In this document: positions 39,812-51,800 of the stretch, piece by piece
Layout of the letters: every line of letters starts with the position of its first letter
Position numbering within the stretch: the stretch's first letter is position 1
NCBI GenBank assembly: GCA_040954595.2
Contig: CM082593.2
Span: forward strand, 2,807,434 to 2,871,433
Reading direction: 5' to 3'
Source of the DNA: Balanoglossus misakiensis
Lineage: Eukaryota; Animalia; Hemichordata
DNA length: 64,000 nt
Made by a program: the position numbers and the translations under genes
Notes under the pieces: model-generated
Seen by the model: only the letters and a program-made list of their open reading frames with translations
Database searches by the model: none
What the model was told of the DNA's origin: nothing

Positions 39812-42800
39812 ATGAGAATTTTTCGACTTTGCGGAATTTCAAAATTTGGCCGATTTTTGAAAAAACCATGGGTTATAGCTCAGGAAAATCATCAAAAAAT
39901 GAGAATTTTTCGACTTTGCGGAATTTCAAAATTTGGCCGATTTTTGAAAAAACCATGGGTTATAGCTCAGGAAAATCATCAAAAAATGAGAATTTTTCGA
40001 CTTTGTGGAATTTCAAAATTTGGCCGATTTTTGAAAAAACCATGGGTTATAGCTCAGGAAAATCATCAAAAAATGAGAATTTTTCGACTTTGCGGAATTT
40101 CAAAATTTGGCCGATTTTTGAAAAAACCATGGGTTATAGCTCAGGAAAATCATCAAAAAATGAGAATTTTTCGACTTTGCGGAATTTCAAAATTTGGCCG
40201 ATTTTTGAAAAAACCATGGGTTATAGCTCAGGAAAATCATCAAAAAATGAGAATTTTTCGACTTTGCGGAATTTCAAAATTTGGCCGATTTTTGAAAAAA
40301 CCATGGGTTATAGCTCAGGAAAATCATCAAAAAATGAGAATTTTTCGACTTTGCGGAATTTCAAAATTTGGCCGATTTTTGAAAAAAACCATGGGTTATA
40401 GCTCAGGAAAATCATCAAAAAATGAGAATTTTTCGACTTTGCGGAATTTCAAAATTTGGCCGATTTTTGAAAAAACCATGGGTTATAGCTCAGGAAAATC
40501 ATCAAAAAATGAGAATTTTTCGACTTTGCGGAATTTCAAAATTTGGCCGATTTTTGAAAAAACCATGGGTTATAGCTCAGGAAAATCATCAAAAAATGAG
40601 AATTTTTCGACTTTGCGGAATTTCAAAAATTTGGCCGATTTTTGAAAAAACCATGGGTTATAGCTCAGGAAAATCATCAAAAAATGAGAATTTTTCGACT
40701 TTGCGGAATTTCAAAATTTGGCCGATTTTTGAAAAAACCATGGGTTATAGCTCAGGAAAATCATCAAAAAATGAGAATTTTTCGACTTTGCGGAATTTCA
40801 AAATTTGGCCGATTTTTGAAAAAAACATGGGTTATAGCTCAGGAAAATCATCAAAAAATGAGAATTTTTCGACTTTGCGGAATTTCAAAATTTGGCCGAT
40901 TTTTGAAAAAACCATGGGTTATAGCTCAGGAAAATCATCAAAAAATGAGAATTTTTCGACTTTGCGGAATTTCAAAATTTGGCCGATTTTTGAAAAAACC
41001 ATGGGTTATAGCTCAGGAAAATCATCAAAAAATGAGAATTTTTCGACTTTGCGGAATTTCAAAATTTGGCCGATTTTTGAAAAAACCATGGGTTATAGCT
41101 CAGGAAAATCATCAAAAAATGAGAATTTTTCGACTTTGCGGAATTCCAAAATTTGGCCGATTTTTAAAAAACCATGGGTTATAGCTCAGGAAAATCATCA
41201 AAAAATGAGAATTTTTCGACTTTGCGGAATTCCAAAATTTGGCCGATTTTTGAAAAAACCATGGGTTATAGCTCAGGAAAATCATCAAAAAATGAGAATT
41301 TTTCGACTTTGCGGAATTTCAAAATTTGGCCGATTTTTGAAAAAACCATGGGTTATAGCTCAGGAAAATAATCAAAAAATGAGAATTTTTCGACTTTGCG
41401 GAATTTCAAAATTTGGCCGATTTTTGAAAAAACCATGGGTTATATAGCTCAGGAAAATCATCAAAAATTGAGAATTTTTCGACTTTGCGGAATTTCAAAA
41501 TTTGGCCGATTTTTGAAAAAACCATGGGTTATAGCTCAGGAAAATCATCAAAAAATGAGAATTTTTCGACTTTGCGGAATTTCAAAATTTGGCCGATTTT
41601 TGAAAAAACCATGGGTTATAGCTCAGGAAAATCATCAAAAAATGAGAATTTTTCGACTTTGCGGAATTTCAAAATTTGGCCGATTTTTGAAAAAACCATG
41701 GGTTATAGCTCAGGAAAATCATCAAAAAATGAGAATTTTTCGACTTTGCGGAATTTCAAAATTTGGCCGATTTTTGAAAAAACCATGGGTTATAGCTCAG
41801 GAAAATCATCAAAAAATGAGAATTTTTCGACTTTGCGGAATTTCAAAATTTGGCCGATTTTTGAAAAAACCATGGGTTATAGCTCAGGAAAATCATCAAA
41901 AAATGAGAATTTTTCGACTTTGCGGAATTTCAAAATTTGGCCGATTTTTGAAAAAACCATGGGTTATAGCTCAGGAAAATCATCAAAAAATGAGAATTTT
42001 TCGACTTTGCGGAATTTCAAAATTTGGCCGATTTTTGAAAAACCATGGGTTATAGCTCAGGAAAATCATCAAAAAATGAGAATTTTTCAACTTTGCGGAA
42101 TTTCAAAATTTGGCCGATTTTTGAAAAAACCATGGGTTATAGCTCAGGAAAATCATCAAAAAATGAGAATTTTTCAACTTTGCGGAATTTCAAAATTTGG
42201 CCGATTTTTGAAAAAACCATGGGTTATAGCTCAGGAAAATCATCAAAAAATGAGAATTTTTCGACTTTGCGGAATTTCAAAATTTGGCCGATTTTTGAAA
42301 AAACCATGGGTTATAGCTCAGGAAAATCATCAAAAAATGAGAATTTTTCGACTTTGCGGAATTTCAAAATTTGGCCGATTTTTGAAAAAACCATGGGTTA
42401 TAGCTCAGGAAAATCATCAAAAAATGAGAATTTTTCGACTTTGCGGAATTCCAAAATTTGGCCGATTTTTAAAAAACCATGGGTTATAGCTCAGGAAAAT
42501 CATCAAAAAATGAGAATTTTTCGACTTTGCGGAATTTCAAAATTTGGCCGATTTTTGAAAAAACCATGGGTTATAGCTCAGGAAAATCATCAAAAAATGA
42601 GAATTTTTCGACTTTGCGGAATTTCAAAATTTGGCCGATTTTTGAAAAAACCATGGGTTATAGCTCAGGAAAATCATCAAAAAATGAGAATTTTTCAACT
42701 TTGCGGAATTTCAAAATTTGGCCGATTTTTGAAAAAACCATGGGTTATAGCTCAGGAAAATCATCAAAAAATGAGAATTTTTCGACTTTGCGGAATTTCA

Positions 42801-45800
42801 AAATTTGGCCGATTTTTGAAAAAACCATGGGTTATAGCTCAGGAAAATCATCAAAAAATGAGAATTTTTCGACTTTGCGGAATTTCAAAATTTGGCCGAT
42901 TTTTGAAAAAACCATGGGTTATAGCTCAGGAAAATCATCAAAAAATGAGAATTTTTCGACTTTGCGGAATTCCAAAATTTGGCCGATTTTTAAAAAACCA
43001 TGGGTTATAGCTCAGGAAAATCATCAAAAAATGAGAATTTTTCGACTTTGCGGAATTTCAAAATTTGGCCGATTTTTGAAAAAACCATGGGTTATAGCTC
43101 AGGAAAATCATCAAAAAATGAGAATTTTTCGACTTTGCGGAATTTCAAAATTTGGCCGATTTTTGAAAAAAACATGGGTTATAGCTCAGGAAAATCATCA
43201 AAAAATGAGAATTTTTCGACTTTGCGGAATTTCAAAATTTGGCCGATTTTTGAAAAAACCATGGGTTATAGCTCAGGAAAATCATCAAAAAATGAGAATT
43301 TTTCGACTTTGCGGAATTTCAAAATTTGGCCGATTTTTGAAAAAACCATGGGTTATAGCTCAGGAAAATCATCAAAAAATGAGAATTTTTCGACTTTGCG
43401 GAATTCCAAAATTTGGCCGATTTTTAAAAAACCATGGGTTATAGCTCAGGAAAATCATCAAAAAATGAGAATTTTTCGACTTTGCGGAATTTCAAAATTT
43501 GGCCGATTTTTGAAAAAACCATGGGTTATAGCTCAGGAAAATCATCAAAAAATGAGAATTTTTCAACTTTGCGGAATTTCAAAATTTGGCCGATTTTTGA
43601 AAAAACCATGGGCTCAGGAAAATCATCAAAAAATGAGAATTTTTCGACTTTGCGGAATTCCAAAATTTGGCCGATTTTTAAAAAACCATGGGTTATAGCT
43701 CAGGAAAATCATCAAAAAATGAGAATTTTTCGACTTTGCGGAATTCAAAAATTTGGCCGATTTTTGAAAAAACCATGGGTTATAGCTCAGGAAAATCATC
43801 AAAAAATGAGAATTTTTCGACTTTGCGGAATTTCAAAATTTGGCCGATTTTTGAAAAAACCATGGGTTATAGCTCAGGAAAATCATCAAAAAATGAGAAT
43901 TTTTCGACTTTGCGGAATTTCAAAATTTGGCCGATTTTTGAAAAAACCATGGGTTATAGCTCAGGAAAATCATCAAAAAATGAGAATTTTTCGACTTTGC
44001 GGAATTCCAAAATTTGGCCGATTTTTGAAAAAACCATGGGTTATAGCTCAGGAAAATCATCAAAAAATGAGAATTTTTCGACTTTGCGGAATTCCAAAAT
44101 TTGGCCGATTTTTGAAAAAACCATGGGTTATAGCTCAGGAAAATCATCAAAAAATGAGAATTTTTCGACTTTGCGGAATTTCAAAATTTGGCCGATTTTT
44201 GAAAAAACCATGGGTTATAGCTCAGGAAAATCATCAAAAAATGAGAATTTTTCGACTTTGCGGAATTTCAAAATTTGGCCGATTTTTGAAAAAACCATGG
44301 GTTATAGCTCAGGAAAATCATCAAAAAATGAGAATTTTTCAACTTTGCGGAATTTTAAAATTTGGCCGATTTTTGAAAAAACCATGGGTTATAGCTCAGG
44401 AAAATCATCAAAAAATGAGAATTTTTCGACTTTGCGGAATTTCAAAATTTGGCCGATTTTTGAAAAAACCATGGGTTATAGCTCAGGAAAATCATCAAAA
44501 AATGAGAATTTTTCGACTTTGCGGAATTTCAAAATTTGGCCGATTTTTGAAAAAACCATGGGTTATAGCTCAGGAAAATCATCAAAAAATGCGAATTTTT
44601 CGACTTTGCGGAATTTCAAAATTTGGCCGATTTTTGAAAAAACCATGGGTTATAGCTCAGGAAAATCATCAAAAAATGAGAATTTTTCGACTTTGCGGAA
44701 TTTCAAAATTTGGCCGATTTTTGAAAAAACCATGGGTTATAGCTCAGGAAAATCATCAAAAAATGAGAATTTTTCGACTTTGCGGAATTTCAAAATTTGG
44801 CCGATTTTTGAAAAATCCATGGGTTATAGCTCAGGAAAATCATCAAAAAATGAGAATTTTTCGACTTTGCGGAATTTCAAAATTTGGCCGATATTTGAAA
44901 AAACCATGGGTTATAGCTCAGGAAAATCATCAAAAAATGAGAATTTTTCGACTTTGCGGAATTTCAAAATTTGGCCGATTTTTGAAAAACCATGGGTTAT
45001 AGCTCAGGAAAATCATCAAAAAATGAGAATTTTTCAACTTTGCGGAATTTCAAAATTTGGCCGATTTTTGAAAAAACCATGGGTTATAGCTCAGGAAAAT
45101 CATCAAAAAATGAGAATTTTTCGACTTTGCGGAATTTCAAAATTTGGCCGATTTTTGAAAAAACCATGGGTTATAGCTCAGGAAAATCATCAAAAAATGA
45201 GAATTTTTCGACTTTGCGGAATTTCAAAATTTGGCCGATTTTTGAAAAAAACCATGGGTTATAGCTCAGGAAAATCATCAAAAAATGAGAATTTTTCTAC
45301 TTTGCGGAATTCCAAAATTTGGCCGATTTTTAAAAAACCATGGGTTATAGCTCAGGAAAATCATCAAAAAATGAGAATTTTTCGACTTTGCGGAATTCCA
45401 AAATTTGGCCGATTTTTGAAAAAACCATGGGTTATAGCTCAGGAAAATCATCAAAAAATGAGAATTTTTCGACTTTGCGGAATTTCAAAATTTGGCCGAT
45501 TTTTGAAAAAACCATGGGTTATAGCTCAGGAAAATCATCAAAAAATGAGAATTTTTCGACTTTGCGGAATTTCAAAATTTGGCCGATTTTTGAAAAAACC
45601 ATGGGTTATAGCTCAGGAAAATCATCAAAAAATGAGAATTTTTCGACTTTGCGGAATTCCAAAATTTGGCCGATTTTTAAAAAACCATGGGTTATAGCTC
45701 AGGAAAATCATCAAAAAATGAGAATTTTTCGACTTTGCGGAATTTCAAAATTTGGCCGATTTTTGAAAAAACCATGGGTTATAGCTCAGGAAAATCATCA

Positions 45801-48800
45801 AAAAATGAGAATTTTTCGACTTTGCGGAATTTCAAAATTTGGCCGATTTTTGAAAAAACCATGGGTTATAGCTCAGGAAAATCATCAAAAAATGAGAATT
45901 TTTCAACTTTGCGGAATTTCAAAATTTGGCCGATTTTTGAAAAAACCATGGGTTATAGCTCAGGAAAATCATCAAAAAATGAGAATTTTTCGACTTTGCG
46001 GAATTTCAAAATTTGGCCGATTTTTGAAAAAACCATGGGTTATAGCTCAGGAAAATCATCAAAAAATGAGAATTTTTCGACTTTGCGGAATTTCAAAATT
46101 TGGCCGATTTTTGAAAAAACCATGGGTTATAGCTCAGGAAAATCATCAAAAAATGAGAATTTTTCGACTTTGCGGAATTCCAAAATTTGGCCGATTTTTA
46201 AAAAACCATGGGTTATAGCTCAGGAAAATCATCAAAAAATGAGAATTTTTCGACTTTGCGGAATTTCAAAATTTGGCCGATTTTTGAAAAAACCATGGGT
46301 TATAGCTCAGGAAAATCATCAAAAAATGAGAATTTTTCGACTTTGCGGAATTTCAAAATTTGGCCGATTTTTGAAAAAAACATGGGTTATAGCTCAGGAA
46401 AATCATCAAAAAATGAGAATTTTTCGACTTTGCGGAATTTCAAAATTTGGCCGATTTTTGAAAAAACCATGGGTTATAGCTCAGGAAAATCATCAAAAAA
46501 TGAGAATTTTTCGACTTTGCGGAATTTCAAAATTTGGCCGATTTTTGAAAAAACCATGGGTTATAGCTCAGGAAAATCATCAAAAAATGAGAATTTTTCG
46601 ACTTTGCGGAATTCCAAAATTTGGCCGATTTTTAAAAAACCATGGGTTATAGCTCAGGAAAATCATCAAAAAATGAGAATTTTTCGACTTTGCGGAATTT
46701 CAAAATTTGGCCGATTTTTGAAAAAACCATGGGTTATAGCTCAGGAAAATCATCAAAAAATGAGAATTTTTCAACTTTGCGGAATTTCAAAATTTGGCCG
46801 ATTTTTGAAAAAACCATGGGCTCAGGAAAATCATCAAAAAATGAGAATTTTTCGACTTTGCGGAATTCCAAAATTTGGCCGATTTTTAAAAAACCATGGG
46901 TTATAGCTCAGGAAAATCATCAAAAAATGAGAATTTTTCGACTTTGCGGAATTCAAAAATTTGGCCGATTTTTGAAAAAACCATGGGTTATAGCTCAGGA
47001 AAATCATCAAAAAATGAGAATTTTTCGACTTTGCGGAATTTCAAAATTTGGCCGATTTTTGAAAAAACCATGGGTTATAGCTCAGGAAAATCATCAAAAA
47101 ATGAGAATTTTTCGACTTTGCGGAATTTCAAAATTTGGCCGATTTTTGAAAAAACCATGGGTTATAGCTCAGGAAAATCATCAAAAAATGAGAATTTTTC
47201 GACTTTGCGGAATTCCAAAATTTGGCCGATTTTTGAAAAAACCATGGGTTATAGCTCAGGAAAATCATCAAAAAATGAGAATTTTTCGACTTTGCGGAAT
47301 TCCAAAATTTGGCCGATTTTTGAAAAAACCATGGGTTATAGCTCAGGAAAATCATCAAAAAATGAGAATTTTTCGACTTTGCGGAATTTCAAAATTTGGC
47401 CGATTTTTGAAAAAACCATGGGTTATAGCTCAGGAAAATCATCAAAAAATGAGAATTTTTCGACTTTGCGGAATTTCAAAATTTGGCCGATTTTTGAAAA
47501 AACCATGGGTTATAGCTCAGGAAAATCATCAAAAAATGAGAATTTTTCAACTTTGCGGAATTTTAAAATTTGGCCGATTTTTGAAAAAACCATGGGTTAT
47601 AGCTCAGGAAAATCATCAAAAAATGAGAATTTTTCGACTTTGCGGAATTTCAAAATTTGGCCGATTTTTGAAAAAACCATGGGTTATAGCTCAGGAAAAT
47701 CATCAAAAAATGAGAATTTTTCGACTTTGCGGAATTTCAAAATTTGGCCGATTTTTGAAAAAACCATGGGTTATAGCTCAGGAAAATCATCAAAAAATGC
47801 GAATTTTTCGACTTTGCGGAATTTCAAAATTTGGCCGATTTTTGAAAAAACCATGGGTTATAGCTCAGGAAAATCATCAAAAAATGAGAATTTTTCGACT
47901 TTGCGGAATTTCAAAATTTGGCCGATTTTTGAAAAAACCATGGGTTATAGCTCAGGAAAATCATCAAAAAATGAGAATTTTTCGACTTTGCGGAATTTCA
48001 AAATTTGGCCGATTTTTGAAAAATCCATGGGTTATAGCTCAGGAAAATCATCAAAAAATGAGAATTTTTCGACTTTGCGGAATTTCAAAATTTGGCCGAT
48101 ATTTGAAAAAACCATGGGTTATAGCTCAGGAAAATCATCAAAAAATGAGAATTTTTCGACTTTGCGGAATTTCAAAATTTGGCCGATTTTTGAAAAACCA
48201 TGGGTTATAGCTCAGGAAAATCATCAAAAAATGAGAATTTTTCAACTTTGCGGAATTTCAAAATTTGGCCGATTTTTGAAAAAACCATGGGTTATAGCTC
48301 AGGAAAATCATCAAAAAATGAGAATTTTTCGACTTTGCGGAATTTCAAAATTTGGCCGATTTTTGAAAAAACCATGGGTTATAGCTCAGGAAAATCATCA
48401 AAAAATGAGAATTTTTCGACTTTGCGGAATTTCAAAATTTGGCCGATTTTTGAAAAAAACCATGGGTTATAGCTCAGGAAAATCATCAAAAAATGAGAAT
48501 TTTTCTACTTTGTGGAATTTCAAAATTTGGCCGATTTTTGAAAAAACCATGGGTTATAGCTCAGGAAAATCATCAAAAAATGAGAATTTTTCGACTTTGC
48601 GGAATTTCAAAATTTGGCCGATTTTTGAAAAACCATGGGTTATAGCTCAGGAAAATCATCAAAAAATGAGAATTTTTCAACTTTGCGGAATTTCAAAATT
48701 TGGCCGATTTTTGAAAAAACCATGGGTTATAGCTCAGGAAAATCATCAAAAAATGAGAATTTTTCGACTTTGCGGAATTTCAAAATTTGGCCGATTTTTG

Positions 48801-51800
48801 AAAAAACCATGGGTTATAGCTCAGGAAAATCATCAAAAAATGAGAATTTTTCGACTTTGCGGAATTTCAAAATTTGGCCGATTTTTGAAAAAAACCATGG
48901 GTTATAGCTCAGGAAAATCATCAAAAAATGAGAATTTTTCTACTTTGTGGAATTTCAAAATTTGGCCGATTTTTGAAAAAACCATGGGTTATAGCTCAGG
49001 AAAATCATCAAAAAATGAGAATTTTTCGACTTTGCGGAATTCCAAAATTTGGCCGATTTTTGAAAAAACCATGGGTTATAGCTCAGGAAAATCATCAAAA
49101 AATGAGAATTTTTCGACTTTGCGGAATTTCAAAATTTGGCCGATTTTTGAAAAAACCATGGGTTATAGCTCAGGAAAATCATCAAAAAATGAGAATTTTT
49201 CGACTTTGCGGAATTTCAAAATTTGGCCGATTTTTGAAAAAACCATGGGTTATAGCTCAGGAAAATCATCAAAAAATGAGAATTTTTCGACTTTGCGGAA
49301 TTTCAAAATTTGGCCGATTTTTTGAAAAAACCATGGGTTATAGCTCAGGAAAATCATCAAAAAATGAGAATTTTTCGACTTTGCGGAATTTCAAAATTTG
49401 GCCGATTTTTGAAAAAACCATGGGTTATAGCTCAGGAAAATCATCAAAAAATGAGAATTTTTCGACTTTGCGGAATTTCAAAATTTGGCCGATTTTTGAA
49501 AAAACCATGGGTTATAGCTCAGGAAAATCATCAAAAAATGAGAATTTTTCGACTTTGCGGAATTTCAAAATTTGGCCGATTTTTGAAAAAACCATGGGTT
49601 ATAGCTCAGGAAAATCATCAAAAAATGAGAATTTTTCGACTTTGCGGAATTTCAAAATTTGGCCGATTTTTGAAAAAACCATGGGTTATAGCTCAGGAAA
49701 ATCATCAAAAAATGAGAATTTTTCGACTTTGCGGTATTTCAAAATTTGGCCGATTTTTGAAAAAACCATGGGTTATAGCTCAGGAAAATCATCAAAAAAT
49801 GAGAATTTTTCGACTTTGCGGAATTTCAAAATTTGGCCGATTTTTGAAAAAACCATGGTTTATAGCTCAGGAAAATCATCAAAAAATGAGAATTTTTCGA
49901 CTTTGCGGAATTTCAAAATTTGGCCGATTTTTGAAAAAACCATGGGTTATAGCTCAGGAAAATCATCAAAAAATGAGAATTTTTCGACTTTGCGGAATTT
50001 CAAAATTTGGCCGATTTTTGAAAAAACCATGGGTTATAGCTCAGGAAAATCATCAAAAAATGAGAATTTTTCGACTTTGCGGAATTTCAAAATTTGGCCG
50101 ATTTTTGAAAAACCATGGGTTATAGCTCAGGAAAATCATCAAAAAATGAGAATTTTTCAACTTTGCGGAATTTCAAAATTTGGCCGATTTTTGAAAAAAC
50201 CATGGGTTATAGCTCAGGAAAATCATCAAAAAATGAGAATTTTTAAACTTTGCGGAATTTCAAAATTTGGCCGATTTTTGAAAAAACCATGGGTTATAGC
50301 TCAGGAAAATCATCAAAAAATGAGAATTTTTCGACTTTGCGGAATTTCAAAATTTGGCCGATTTTTGAAAAAACCATGGGTTATAGCTCAGGAAAATCAT
50401 CAAAAAATGAGAATTTTTCGACTTTGCGGAATTTCAAAATTTGGCCGATTTTTGAAAAAACCATGGGTTATAGCTCAGGAAAATCATCAAAAAATGAGAA
50501 TTTTTCGACTTTGCGGAATTCCAAAATTTGGCCGATTTTTAAAAAAACCATGGGTTATAGCTCAGGAAAATCATCAAAAAATGAGAATTTTTCGACTTTA
50601 CGGAATTTCAAAATTTGGCCGATTTTTGAAAAAACCATGGGTTATAGCTCAGGAAAATCATCAAAAAATGAGAATTTTTCGACTTTGCGGAATTTCAAAA
50701 TTTGGCCGATTTTTGAAAAAACCATGGGTTATAGCTCAGGAAAATCATCAAAAAATGAGAATTTTTCGACTTTGCGGAATTTCAAAATTTGGCCGATTTT
50801 TGAAAAAACCATGGGTTATAGCTCAGGAAAATCATCAAAAAATGAGAATTTTTCGACTTTGCGGAATTTCAAAATTTGGCCGATTTTTGAAAAAACCATG
50901 GGTTATAGCTCAGGAAAATCATCAAAAAATGAGAATTTTTCAACTTTGCGGAATTTCAAAATTTGGCCGATTTTTGAAAAAACCATGGGTTATAGCTCAG
51001 GAAAATCATCAAAAAATGAGAATTTTTCGACTTTGCGGAATTCCAAAATTTGGCCGATTTTTGAAAAAACCATGGGTTATAGCTCAGGAAAATCATCAAA
51101 AAATGAGAATTTTTCGACTTTGCGGAATTTCAAAATTTGGCCGATTTTTGAAAAAACCATGGGTTATAGCTCAGGAAAATCATCAAAAAATGAGAATTTT
51201 TCGACTTTGCGGAATTTCAAAATTTGGCCGATTTTTGAAAAAACCATGGGTTATAGCTCAGGAAAATCATCAAAAAATGAGAATTTTTCGACTTTGCGGA
51301 ATTTCAAAATTTGGCCGATTTTTGAAAAAACCATGGGTTATAGCTCAGGAAAATCATCAAAAAATGAGAATTTTTCGACTTTGCGGAATTTCAAAATTTG
51401 GCCGATTTTTGAAAAAACCATGGGTTATAGCTCAGGAAAATCATCAAAAAATGAGAATTTTTCGACTTTGCGGAATTTCAAAATTTGGCCGATTTTTGAA
51501 AAAACCATGGGTTATAGCTCAGGAAAATCATCAAAAAATGAGAATTTTTCGACTTTGCGGAATTTCAAAAATTTGGCCGATTTTTGAAAAAACCATGGGT
51601 TATAGCTCAGGAAAATCATCAAAAAATGAGAATTTTTCGACTTTGCGGAATTCCAAAATTTGGCCGATTTTTAAAAAAACCATGGGTTATAGCTCAGGAA
51701 AATCATCAAAAAATGAGAATTTTTCGACTTTGCGGAATTTCAAAATTTGGCCGATTTTTGAAAAAACCATGGGTTATAGCTCAGGAAAATCATCAAAAAA

